Shown here piece after piece: positions 12,593-25,225 of a DNA stretch of 64,000 bases (position 1 is its first letter; each line of letters begins with the position of its first letter). The stretch is from Hypanus sabinus (taxonomy: Eukaryota): NCBI RefSeq assembly GCF_030144855.1, contig NW_026781270.1:310001-374000 (forward strand), written 5' to 3'. Below the pieces are notes generated by a model. It made no database searches, had not been told where the DNA came from, and worked only from the letters and a program-made list of their open reading frames with translations. The position numbers and the translations under genes are program-made.

Positions 12593-13520
12593 AGACAGGC
12601 AGTCGGCCCGTCTAAAGAGAGAAGGAGAGACTGGAAAAGCTGATAGCTTCAGTTTGTTGCAGCTGTGGCTTGGAACTCTCCTATGCCCAGAAGAGTGGGT
12701 TGATCATTGGTGCACAGAACCACAACGAACGTGTATGGTTGTCCCTTGTGTTAACCCTTGCTTGGGTATGTTGTACGGTAACCCCTGGTAGACGGTATTC
12801 CTGTGACAGGTCACTTTCGCTGATAACTCGTATATGGACAGATTCAACGGATAAAATGTTCGATGACGGTTATGTCGAAGTAACGGCCTTTTCTCTACGT
12901 TTCACCGTGGAACACAAATATCTCTCTGCCATCATTTATTCCGGGGATGACTGAACTTTCCTACTTTACCATCTCAAGACTCTAAGCTTTGTTCCCTCAG
13001 GCTCGATAGTTTAGAGTTATAGTTACACATATACACACATAACACTGTTACCTTTCCTTTATTTCGTTGTTACTATAAGTAGATACTAATAAAGAGAGTG
13101 GTTTAAACATCAAAACCAGACTCCAGTGTGAACTCTATTGCTGCTGGTTCGTCTCTAAAACGTAACAGTTCGTAACACAGTTTTAAGACCACATCTGAAG
13201 TATTTCATACAGTTCTGGTCGCCCCCATTCTCACAAGGATGTCGGGGCTTTGGAGAGGGCGCAGAAGCGGGTTACCAGGATTTTGCCTGGATTAGAGGGC
13301 ATGAGCTGTAACGAGAGGTTGCACAAACTTGTGTTGTTTACTCCAGAGCGGCGCAGGCTGGGGTGAGACTGGACATTTATAAGATGACGAGAGGAATAAA
13401 TAGAGTGGACAGACGATATATTTTTCCTGGGGGTGAAATGTCTAATACATTTAGGGTGAGAGGAGATGTGAGTGGCATGTTTGCTTCTTTCCAAAGAGTA
13501 ATGGACAGCTGGAGTCACTG
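12240..13520 (+). mobile_element. Old CR1 3' fragment split by an LTR
   Basis: CR1-type sequence (GIEFKSREV..L / RPHLKY..QFWSP) resumes across the 12455-13177 insertion. Confidence 0.75.
12455..13177 (+). mobile_element. Solo LTR, Gmr1-type Gypsy
   Basis: CGTTACG...CGTAACA termini, TSD CAGC/CAGT, AATAAA and CTATTGCTGCTGGT 3' block. Confidence 0.88.
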
Positions 13521-13559
13521 CCCCGGGAAGGGGGTGGGGGGGTGGGTGGAGAGAGAGAG

Positions 13560-14016
13560 AGAGAGCGCGCGCGAGGAGGAGTCACGTGATCCGATTTGCC
13601 CCTCCCATTTAACCACAGATGAGCTGCAACTCTGCGTCGCTTCCGAGGCCCCGCCCTCCGGATGATGCGCCTATATCTTTGCACATGCTCACAGTCTCCA
13701 GGTGGGTTGCGTTCTGCGGATTTGGGATCATTGTCTGGGGGCAGAAGAATCGGTGAGTATTGAGACCGATCCCGGGCGGGGAGATCCGATGTTGGCCTTG
13801 AGCCCCGAAATGAGGGCCTATTACTCCTTTAGTACCCAGTTATCTGGGCTTGTCAGAAATGTATCGGCTTCACGGAATCTGCATTAAGCGATCCAAACCA
13901 GGAGCCCAGGCTGTCTATTTTCTCAGCACTGAAAGGGGAGTCCCGCCAACAGGTCACGTGAGACTGTGCGCCGCAGATCGGCCCCGCCCTCCGCTTTGTG
14001 ACGCACGATCACGTGG
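13560..14016 (+). promoter_or_regulatory. CpG-rich promoter and first exon of ZNF-A
   Basis: GTCACGTGA at ~13580 and ~13953, GGCCCCGCCCTCCG GC boxes at ~13647 and ~13980, consensus donor CG|GTGAGT at 13752/13753. Confidence 0.6.
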
Positions 14017-14024
14017 TGTGTTGC

Positions 14025-14515
14025 GAACAAGGTTTACAAGAATAATCTCAGGAATGATCGGCTTTATGTATGAGGAGCATTTGATGGTTGTGGACCTGTG
14101 CTCAATGGAGTTCAGAGGGACAATGGGGTTGGTGGAGGGATGTATGGTTAAGTAAACCTACCGAATGCTGGAAAGCCTGGATACAGTGGACATGGAGAGG
14201 ATGTTTCCATTAGACGGAGAGTCTGTGATCTGACAGCATAGGCTCAGAATAAAGACGCTTCCCTTTAAAATTGAGGTGAGAAAATTTCTTCAGCCAAAGG
14301 ATGTCTGATTTGTGGAATTTGTTGCTGCAGAGGGTAGTTGAGGCTGCCATTTGGTTATGTTTATGACAGAGATTAATATATTGATGATTGCTAAGTAGCT
14401 TCAGGGTTACAGGAGGAAGGCAGGAATATGGTGTTGGAATGAAAATCAGACATGGTTGAATGGTGGGCAAACCAGATTGATCGAATCAACTAATTTTGTT
14501 CCTGTGTCTTGTGTC
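14025..14515 (+). mobile_element. CR1 3' fragment, shared with 44018-44510
   Basis: RFTRIISGMIGFMYEEHL; colinear copy in unit B. Confidence 0.8.
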
Positions 14516-14709
14516 TTACCATGACTGAATGATGGCTCCTTCTTCTCCCATATCTTTTTGTGAAGTGTGAGGGACAATAAAAGATTGTTCACTGAGATCA
14601 TTATATTCAACATTTAAATTTCAATGAGTTTTGCTCTTAGTAGCATTAAGCAGAAATGTTTGGTTCTCCTTACTATTGTCAATGTGCTTCATTATTTTTC
14701 ATGTTAAAG

Positions 14710-14878
14710 TTAGACCTGCGGTGAGAGATTTATTGGAATAAAAAAACCCAACTGGAAGCAAACCACGACTGAAGATGAGGGAACATCAACAAGTGAACCA
14801 GCCCGAGGATTGAGAGCATCAACTGAAGAGAATCCATCTGACTCGGAGATTCCAGTGATTCAGTCAGGAGAAAGTTTG
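14710..14878 (+). other. Putative internal exon 2 of ZNF-A
   Basis: Pyrimidine tract and AG, donor TG|GTGAGA; non-repeat sequence conserved with 44688-44857. Confidence 0.55.
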
Positions 14879-15068
14879 GTGAGACTCATTTACTCAAACA
14901 CTGGTCCTTTAGACATTACATACCTGTACAAAGGAAGGTGAGAAATAGTTGGAGGGAGACTGAATGTGCCCAGAAGAACCAGTTATGCCTCTGTCAGATC
15001 CAGTTGCAATCACTCCAGGTCTGGTAATGTGCTTCCAGCAGCCCAGCCCTTTAAAACCACTGCCATTC

Positions 15069-15518
15069 TGTGGAAGTCGAATCTGGAAAAAGTCACTCAA
15101 AGACCATATAAATACAAACTCTTTACTCCAAGCACCGGGGACTTACTCAGTTAGTCGTTCAAACAGGAAGAGTCTATGACTGTTCCCGCCCAATCCACTA
15201 ACTGACTAACAATTCCCCTTACACCACAGGTACCCAGATACCTACCACAGAAGGCAGGCTGGTTATTTACTATATTACAGCCCCTTAAGATAAATTACAA
15301 AATAGTCATAACGGCTTACACACACAGGACAGATTGAAGCTGTCCTATCTCTACGCATGAGTGCACAATTCAGATAAACATCCAGAAACCCTAGCTAGCT
15401 ACCCTCAAGAAGAAATATGGCTCAGCATGGCTTGGTACATTGGCTGATCATCAGCAATTTCTTTCAGAAGAACAGGCGGCTATTGTTTAAGGAACTGTTA
15501 ACACTTTTACATAGTTCA
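15069..15518 (-). mobile_element. 3' LTR of ERV-A
   Basis: TG start after PPT AAAAGGAGGGAGTGG; CA end at 15069, exactly where homology to the paralogous unit-B flank stops. Confidence 0.75.
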
Positions 15519-16483
15519 CCACTCCCTCCTTTTGATCATTACATGATCAAGCAGTAATTTTTTCACAGAGAAAGCAACCGTGTACAACATTGACTTATCA
15601 ATGGATAAAAACAGTGCACAACATTAAATATAACAATGATGTGCACAACTATTAAGCCATAATGCAATATCATGCCTCACATATTACCAAACAGGCCTTC
15701 AAATACTAACATTTCGACCCTTCGGTGAACCTGTGTAAATCCTGCCCTACTTTCTTGATGCAATCAATCTCCCTGGCAGTGTGCTCGGAAAGGGATGTAA
15801 TGTTGGTAGACTCATCAGGGATATAGGTGCAGCATTCTATGTCACTAATAGCACAGGTTCCCCCTTTCTCAGTGAGGATAAAATCTAAAGCCAAATGATT
15901 CTGTACGACTGTTTGCTGGATTGCACTCGTTTCAGTGGAATTGTCTGTTTTCTTGGGCCTGTGTTTCTGTCAGAGCCCCTGCAGTATTGTGGCTAGCTCC
16001 TCAAGTGCTGTAGCCAAATTGATTATCTTTGGTGGATTCCTGGCTACTCCATAGGAGAGAAAAGGGATCATCCAAAATCACTGTCTCAGTTGTTCCTCTC
16101 CGCTGCTGGGCACCTGCAAGTATGGTCAGGATGCATGTTTCCCAGTCTAGGAAGTTGTGTTTGGTGGGAGCCTGAGATACCATCCCTCAGAATACTGACA
16201 GCCACAGTCATCTCTGACTGGACCCCAGTTCCTCATCTCTCTTCCCCTGGCGTTATTTGTGAAAGCCCAGGCTGAGAGTTCCTCACTCTGGTTGAGCAGG
16301 ATTACTGACATTGGAGTCATAGTTTTACTATGCTGCAGAATTTCGGCACAAACCCAGCAGGCCCCTATTACTACCTGTTCGGCATCGGTGTGACAGAGAT
16401 ACAGAAATGTGTTAACATGGGGACCCTGGATGCTGGGGTGATCCCTCTCAAAGACATAAACACGAATACCAGTGTTACATACC

Positions 16484-18265
16484 TGTAACAATTTAATTGA
16501 ACCAGCAGCTATAGACCAGACATGGAGTCTGGTTTTGATATTAACACCACTATCTTTATTTGTATCTACTTATACTATAACAACTTAATCAAAACAATCA
16601 AAAGGGACCTTTGGGTTCAAATCCATACATCCCTCAAGGTTGCTGCACAGGTTGATACGGTGGTTAAGAAGACCTATGGTATGCTAGGCTTCATTAACAG
16701 GGGGATTGAGTTCAAGAGTAGAGAGGTCATGTTGCAACTCTACAAATCTCTGGTGAGACTGCACTTTAAGAGTATTACGTTCAGTTCTGGTCACCTCATT
16801 ATAGGAAGGAAGTGGACGCTATGGAGAGGGTGCAGAGGAGATTTACCAGGATGTTGCCTGGTTTGGAGAACAAGTCATATGAATCAAGGTTAGCAGAGCT
16901 GGGACTTTTCACTTTGGAGAGTAGAAGAATGAGAGGGGACTTGATAGAGGTCTACAAGATTATGAGAAGCATAGACAGGGTGGATAGTCAGTCTCTGTTT
17001 CCCAGGGCAGCAATAGCAAACACCAGAGGGCATATGTACAAAATTAAGGGAGGGAAGTCTAGGGGAGACATCAGTGGTAAGTTTTTTTACACAGAGGGTT
17101 GTGGGTGCCTGGAATGACTTGCCAGGGATGGTGTTGGAGGCTATAACATTAGGGCTATTTAAGAGCCTCTTGGACAGGCACATGGATGAAAGAAAAATAG
17201 GTTATATGGTAGTGTGGATTTAGTACATTTTTTTTAAGGGTTATATGGGTCGGCACAACATGAAGGGCTGAAGGGGCTGTACTGTGCTGTAGTGTTCTAT
17301 GGTTAACAGTGTTATGTGTATACATATGTGTAAATATAACTCCCAAACCATTGAGCTCAGGGAATACCAAGCTTAGAGTCTGAAGATGGTAAAGTATGAA
17401 AGTTCAGCTCATCCCCCGAATAAATGATGAGAGAGAGATATTTGTAATCCAAGGTGAATGTCGAGAGTAGGCAATTGCTTCCAATTCCACAAGTTCCACG
17501 GTGATAAAACAGGATAACAGTCGCCGAAGATCTTATCCGTCTTCGTTCCAAATCCACATTTGAATTATCACCAAAACTAGCTGATAACAGGGGTACCGTC
17601 TTCAAAGGGAACTACCACCCAGGCAAGGGTTAACACACAGGTAGATTCCACAAGGTACTCTCAATCCAGATCCAACACACAAAGTATTACCGACAGTGAT
17701 TTCCACAGAATAACTTTCTCACAAGTGGTCACCAGATAACGCACCCAAATCCAGTTAAGGGTTAACAAAAGTTGTAGCCACGGGATACTCCATCAAAATC
17801 CCCATATGGATTATAGGAATTATCACGGGGTACCCTGTACCAGTGAGTTACCACCCCCAGGCAAGGGTTGGCACAAGTGGTCTTCACAGGACACTGCCAA
17901 ACATAAAGATCCACTCCCGTGGATCAAACAAAGTGACAATCACACATTCAGTATTGTTCTGTGGGCACAGGAGGGTTCAAACAGCGAACTTCGGCCACTA
18001 GGTACTTTGTTTCGAACCTTCCATCCTCTTTCTTTCTCTCCGTCTGACTGTCCGTCTCTGACTGTCCTTGCTTAAATAAAGCAAACTGCAAGCTATGTAA
18101 ACACAAGCTGTGAGCAAGTGTAAACACGCTGCAGAGTCAAATAGTTCCACCCCTCCCTCTCTCTCAGTAAGAATAAAACAGCAGCCGAGAAAGCTGGCGG
18201 ATGACGTCACTCAGGCACTCTCTCTTAAAATGACAGTCCATGGCAAGAAACCTCGAGGTTCGACA
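16484..18265 (-). mobile_element. Solo Gmr1-type LTR inserted in ERV-A env, itself split by a CR1
   Basis: TG..CA termini, TSD TACC/CACC, family 3' block on the minus strand. Confidence 0.85.
16605..17301 (+). mobile_element. CR1 3' fragment nested in the LTR
   Basis: ERVQRRFTRMLPGLE..RGDLIEVYKIM; the LTR sequence CAAAAG|TTAACAGTG rejoins across it. Confidence 0.92.
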
Positions 18266-20899
18266 CACCACTATCAACCAATACATTTTCCTTTATTCCG
18301 AGAGAGCCCTTCTACTCAGTTCCTTCAGTAACACGTTTGTAGTCTGTTCGATATATCCACCGAGATTGCCCCTTCAGTCTCAGAGCCGTGGAGTGGTCAG
18401 TAACACCTAATATGCTCCTCTCCACCAAGTTCTGAGTTTCCCTCAATCCCAGTTCTTGGTCAGGTCAAAATTCCCAGGTTCTTGGGTGGGATAGTCACTC
18501 CTCTCTGCGTGGTAGTTCTCTTCCTTGTAAGCCAATCGTACCTGTGAATGGAATGCTTGGAAAAGTTTGTTTAGTTGGCATATGCATTTCCCCATCTCTT
18601 CCCCTAGGGTATGCATATCCAATTTACCTGGTAGACTTTCTGAGAACAATGGTGCACAAGGTCTTGGTCCACAGGGTGTCCTCATGGGCCGTCCATAAAT
18701 GATTTCAGCTGGTGACAACACTGATTTCCCCTGTGGGGTGACCCTCATGTGGAATAGGTCTAACAGTAGGACCTTCAACCAAGTGAGTCCAGTCTCCGCT
18801 GTTAGTTTGGCCAACTTACTCTTCAGAGCGCCATTGACACTTTACAATAAGCCAGCGGCCCGTGGGTGGTGTACAGAGTGGAATTGTTGCTTGATAGCTA
18901 GTTTGTTACACACCCCTTCGCTTGCTTTCGCCACGAAGTGTGGGCCATTGTCAGAGCTCAGCATCTCTGGCAGGCCGTACCTGGGAATTATATCCCGTAA
19001 TAATACCTTCACAGCAGTCATAACAGTATTATTGGTAGTTGGAATAGCTTCAATCCATCTATGAAATGCATCTATAATAACTAAGCAGTATCTATAGCAA
19101 TGTACTCTAGGCAATTCAGTAACATCAACTTGTAGACACGAAAATGGTCAAGGGAGTCGTACCCGGTGTGCAGGGTGCAGGTTAGCAACCAATCCCTCCT
19201 TTTCCAGGTGTGTACATAATTGACCAATGTAGGTAAAAACTGTGGAGGAACACAAACCTGTCCCACTGTGGTGATCCAAAAACCTGGGTCGGGGTCTTTC
19301 TGGCACCCCATCTGGGACCACAGCTTGCACTCCTCCTCACAGGTGTCCCCCTGAGAAGTACGTAACTCTTGCATGTCTGGCAAACTTGTTCTGCCTGAGT
19401 CATGGAGGATTGCTTGATGGGAACCCGAGGAGACTACAACTGTCGAGGATTGTGCAGCACTTTTCGCTGTGTAATCTGCTAAAGCATTGGGTTTAGTGAC
19501 CTGTTTGGACATGCGGGTGTGGGCCGCACATTAATAATGGCCAGAACTCAAGGTAGCTGCGGAGCAGTGAGTAAGTTGTTTACAAAGGTGGCATTACTAA
19601 TGGGGTGGCCAGAGCAAGTCAGGAATCCCCATGTTCCCAGAGAGCCCGGTAGTCATGTACATCTCCAAATGCATAACGGGAGTCCGTGTAATTGTTCTCA
19701 CTTTTATCTGTTGTTCGGATACAGGCACAAGTCAGAGCAAACAGCTCAGGCTTCTGGATGAGACGGCTGTTTCAAAAGAATCCCGCTCAATTACTTCACT
19801 GTCAGTTACTATCGCATCACCAGAATATTGTTTCCCTGCTGGATCCACAAAAGGGCTTCCATTCTCATAAAACATTGCCTCGGGCTTGAGGGGATATAGC
19901 AGAATGGATGGGAATCTCTGTCCTCTTTTCATGGTGATCCAGATGGGGGGCAGTTTTAGAAATTAACAAGCAAGGCCAATTTCATGGCCTGAAATTGTGC
20001 AAAGATGGGGTACAGCCTCTTGGGTTCGGTCAATATTAAAAGAGTGTCTTACCAGATGTCCTGTCTTCACCTGAGTCCTTCCAGTATCAGAGTTGGCATG
20101 CGGCCAAGTCTGGCCCGCCTCCCTCGGTGCTGGAGGCTTGTTTCATCAGGGTGTAGGCAAGGAACCCTAGGCTCTTTGGCTTGAACCCAAGGCAAACCCT
20201 CACGGTGTATGGGGAACCACCTGTCCTGTTTGTCACCAAAGGAAATCCGGAACTTCGGCCAGTAGTACAATGTTCTCTCTTCCTTTAACTGCTCTAATGT
20301 GACTGGGAACTTTGTCCCTAGAGGGGCAAATAATACTGGCTTTACTCAATCCCCCTGGAATTCCACCTGCAGTGGTTGTGTATGTGAATACGTGCGTTCC
20401 GTGCCTTCGAACCCAGACAGAGTGATTGTAGTGTTTGATAGCTGGAATCCATTTTCCGATATTACTTCCTGATTGAGAGTGGCTGTGGTTGCCGGCATAT
20501 CAATCATAAACGGAATTGGAATTCCAGCAACTTGCAATGTTCCGTTGGGCTCTTCCTGAGGGATGGTACTCACGGCAGGAAGCATCCTAGCTTGTTAATT
20601 TGAAAACGGGTTGTTGTCCCCACCTGTCTCTTGGTAGGTTTTTCTTCCCATTTCTGATCCCCAGATATCGCCCTCTTGTGTCCTTCTTCCCACTGAACAT
20701 CTTCACCTTTAATATTAGTTCCCTTCAGGGTTGATTGGGATTTGAAAGTCAGGTCCCAACAATATGTTAAAGCTCGTCACATTCGATTTTGGTCATTGTC
20801 AGACCATCCATGTTATTTGTTTTAATCATGTTGGCTAACTTAGTTGGTAAGTATTGGAGCAGTAGGGAGTTAAACTGGGGGGACAGATTCCCGCCTTTA

Positions 20900-23800
20900 A
20901 AGGCTTGGTCAGATGTTCAGTCCTCAGATGGAATCAGCAATCAAATGGCTGAGCATGGTGCGATGAATGTGCTGAGCTGTGTATATCATAAAGCAAGAAG
21001 CATCGTAGGAAAGCCAGATGAGCTCAGGGCAGGGAATTATGATATTGTAGCCATGATTGGGACTTTGTTGCACCCAATAGTCTGAGGGATTTAGAGGAAC
21101 AAGTTTTTAGAGAGATTGCAGACCATGCCAAGAAACAAAGGTTGATGCAGTAAGTGATTTTAACTTTCCATATATTGACTAGGACTCCCATAATGTAAAA
21201 GGACTAGATGGGGTAAAGTTTGTCAAATGTGCCCTTAATCAGTGCGTAGGATTCCCAACGTAGAAGTGTGCAATAAGCTGTTAGGAAATGATCCAGGGCT
21301 GATGACAGAAATTAGTGATCGTAATGCCATGAGATTCAAATGTAAATATGGAAAAAGAGAGGTCTGGACCATGGATTGATGTTCTAAATTGGAGAAAGGT
21401 CAATTTTGATGGTATCAGAAAGGATCTGATAAGTGTGGTTTGTTACTGGCTGTTTTCTGGCAAAGGAGTACTTGGTAAGTGTGAGGCCTTCAGAAGTGAA
21501 ATTTTGAGTGTGTTGAGTTTGTATGTGTCTGTCAAAATAAAAGTTGAAAGGTAACTGATGCAGGGAACCTTGGTTTTCAGGAGATATTGAGGCCCCGGAT
21601 ATTTTATTCTTCTGAATGCCTCAGACTGTTGAGTGCTACCAAGACTCATTAATGACTACAAATCATAAATCCATGCGAGCTCATCTGACTTTTTTTTTTG
21701 TCATCTTCTGTTGGTTTCTAAAAGCTTCCCAATAGTTTTTGCTCTTGGTTGTTTGCTCTCTCTTTGGTTTTTATGTTGCTTTGGCTTCTCATTTTAGCCA
21801 TGGTTGTGTTCTCCTGCCTTTCCTATGCTTCCACTTCATTGGGCTGCATTGATCACTCAGCTGCCGAATTGCTCCCAGAAACTCCAGCCATTGCTGCTCT
21901 GTTGTCACTGCTACCTTTCCCCTTACAAGTTTGGCCAGCTTCTCTGTCATAGAAACATGGAGAAGTTCAGTAGAGAAACAGGCTATTTGGCCCACCTAGT
22001 CAATGCCAAGAACACATTTAAGCTGTCTAATTCAACTACCTACACTGGGACAATCACCCTTCATGCCCCTACCATCCAAGTACCTATCAAACTTCTCTTA
22101 TTGTTGAAACCGGGCGTATATTCACCACTTTTGCTGGCATCTCATTCTACACTCTCATGACCATTTCATTAGAGAGCTTTCCCAAATGGTACCTTTAAAT
22201 TTTCACCTTCCCCACTTACCCATGACCTCTGGTTATCATCCTACCCAACCTCAGCGGAAAAAGCTGTTTGCATTTACCCTATCTATACCCTCATAATTCT
22301 AACAGATCCTCAAAGCAAACTTACTTTCTAATGCTCAGAGCCTTTTTTAGGTTTATAAAGTGATGAAGGGCATTGATCGTGTGGATAGTCAGAGGTTTTT
22401 GCCCCAGGGTTGAAATGGCTAACACGAGAGGGCATAGCTTTAAGGTGCTTGGAAATAGCTACCGAGGGGATGGCAAGGGTAAGTTTTTTACCTGGAAAAT
22501 AGTGCGTGCGTGTAATCCACTGCCAGCAGCGGTGGTTGAGGCAGATACAATAGGGTGTTTTAACAGCCTCTTAGATAGGCACATGGAGCTTAGAAAAATA
22601 GAGGGCTATTTGCTAGGGAAATTCTAGGCAGTTTCTAGAGTAAGTTATGTGGTAGGCACAATGTTGTAGGCTGAATGGCCTGGAATATGATGTAGATTTC
22701 TATGCTCAATGTTCTATGTTGAACAGTGAAATAACATCTCTTCTTTAATCTGTACAGTGTCCATGATTTTAATGTGGCTTTTTCACACTCCAATAGAACC
22801 GTTGTCTATCTCCTGCGTAAATAGAGATGAAAACATATTTAAGATCTCCCCCATCTGCTTTGGTTCCATACGTGGATTGCCATTCTGGTCTTACAGTGAA
22901 CCAACTTTGTGCCTTACAATCCTTTTGCTCTTAATCTATCCCTGGAGTCCTTGATGATTAATCTTTTCTGCAAGGGCAACCTCATGCCTTCTTTTAGCCA
23001 TCCTGATTTATCTCTAATGTGTTCTCTTGAATTTCTTATCCTTCATAAGAACCTGTCTGCCTATCCCTGTTATGCAACTCCATTTTGTGCTTCACCAGTG
23101 TCTCAATATCTCTTGAAATCCAAGGTTCCCTGCAGTTTCTATCTTTACCTTTTATTCTGACAAGCACATACCCGCTTTGTACATTCAAAATTTCGCTTTG
23201 AAGGCCTCCCACTGACCAAGCACACCTTTGCCATAAAGCAGCCTGTCCCAGTCCACAGTTGCCAGATCCTAGTATCTTAATTCCAGGTGTTGATCCATGC
23301 CCTGAACACATCCACCTTTCCTATCATGCTCCTTGCATTGAGATATACAGGGCTCAGCATATTCACTGCATCATGCTCAACGTTTTTCATTCCTGACTTT
23401 GTCTGAGGACTGAACAACACCTGTCTCCAAAACCCCTCCACTATCTGTTCTGTTATTCAGGCATCCATTCCCCCTGCAACTTTAGTTTAACCCCCCTTAC
23501 CCCCACCCCCCACCATGCGGCTTTATCACCCGTTTGGTTTTCATCTCCCAGATCAATAAAAAGGAGGTGCATACAGGCAGATAGGAACAAATGAGATACT
23601 TCTGAGATACAGGAAATTCAAGTGAACACTTATGAAAGAAGGCATGAGTTTGCCCCAGCAGACAAGGTGAAGGAGAATCCTCATGGATTCTGCAGATATG
23701 TTAAGTGCAAAAAGATTGCAAGGGAAGAAATTAATCCTTTGTAAGATCAGAATGGTAATCCATATGAGGAGACAAAATAGCTGGGGGAGATTTTTTCTGC

Positions 23801-25225
23801 ATTCGTATTTACTCAGGAGGTGGACACAGAGTCTATAGAACTGAGGCAAAGCAAATTGTTCCCTCAGACCGTTTAGAAGACAACTGCAGAAGTTGTCAGG
23901 GCCCAAGCACAGATATTTAAATCATCCTTAGTTACTGGTGGGGAACTGGAGGATTGGAGGACAGACAATGTTGTTCTGCTGTTCAAGAAAGGCTCTGAAA
24001 ATAAACGAGGAAATTGTACATTGGTGTGCTTGACATCAGTAGGGGGAAAGTTATTCTAACGTATGTGCAGGAACCGGATATATAAGTATTTGGATAGATG
24101 TGGTCTGATTAAGGATGGATAGCATAGCTTTGTGCATGGTAGGTTATGTCTAACCAATCTTATAGAGTCTCTCGAGGAAGTTGTCAGGAAAGTGGATGAA
24201 GGCAAGGCACTTGACAAAGTCTTATATGGGAGGTTGGTCATGAAGGTTCAGTTACTCAGCATTCAAGATGAGCCAGTAAATTGGACGAGACACTGGCTGT
24301 GGGAGAAGCCAGAGTGTGGTAGCAGATGGTTACCTCTCTGACTGGAGGCCTGTGACTAGTGGTGTGTCATAGGGATCAGTGCTGGATTTGTTGTTTTTAG
24401 TCATCTATATCAGTAATCTGGATGATAGTGTGGTTAACTGCATCAGTAAATTTGTGGATGACACCAAGATTGGGGTGTAGTGGACAGCGAGGAAGACTAT
24501 CATGGCTTACAGCGCGATCTTGACCAGCTGGAAAAATGGTTTGAGAAATGGAAAATGAAATTTAATGCAGACAAGAGTGAGGTGTTGTGTTTGGTAGGAC
24601 CTACCAGGTCACAGTGACTGGTTGGGCACTGAGGAGCGTTGTAGAAGAAAGGGACCTGGGAATACAAGTCCGTAATTCACTGAAAGTGGTGTCACAGTTC
24701 GACAGAGATGGAAGGAAAGATTTCAGCCCATTGGCCTTCATGAACCAGAGCACTGACAGCAGTAGGTAGATGCAATTTGTAAAAGAGGTTCTGAGAGTTC
24801 AGAGAAAATTCACAAGGATTTTGCCAGGTCTGGAGGACTTGGGTTATGAGGAAAGGTTGAACAGGTTAGGTCCTTATTCCTTGGAATGTAGAAGATTGAG
24901 GGGAGATTTGATTGTGATAGAGGGGCATAGACTAAATGCAAGCTGGCTTTTACCACAGAGATGGTGTGGAACTACAACCAGAAGCCATGGGTTAAGGGTG
25001 AAAGGTGAAATGTTAAGGGGAACATGAGGGGAAACTTCTTCACACAGATGGTCATCTGGGTGCGGAATGAGCAGCCAACACAAATGGTGAATGCGAGCTG
25101 GATTTCAACATTTAAGGAGTTTTGTGTAGGTACCTGAATGGTAAGGGTGTGGGACTGGGGAGTTTAAATAGTTTAGCACAAGCTAGGTAGCCCAAAGGGC
25201 CTGTTTCTGTGTTGGTACTTTTCTG
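20900..25225. mobile_element. Mosaic of degenerate CR1 fragments on both strands (ZNF-A intron)
   Basis: EN and RT motifs (NARSI-like, NWRKVNF, HGRLCLTNLIE, VQRKFTR); colinear with 49882-57430. Confidence 0.85.

Larger units (their letters stand above)
15069..20700 (-). mobile_element. Endogenous retrovirus ERV-A (defective): PR, RT remnant, RNase H, IN, env, PPT, 3' LTR
   Basis: PR IPFMIDxxA (20346-20585); RNase H ~19500-19880; IN IIDAF..W.EAIP, SDNGPHF (18443-19114); env CWVC, RR cleavage-like site, ISD LALDFILTEKGGTCAISDIECC (CX6CC); PPT 15519-15533. Confidence 0.92.

Noticed and set aside
13700-14900. KRAB, SCAN or BTB exon for ZNF-A
   Set aside because: No VTFEDVAV/LY..VMLENY-like or other known effector motif found in any frame.
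15706-16491. Syncytin-like exapted env
   Set aside because: Env is frameshifted, internally deleted and interrupted by an LTR.
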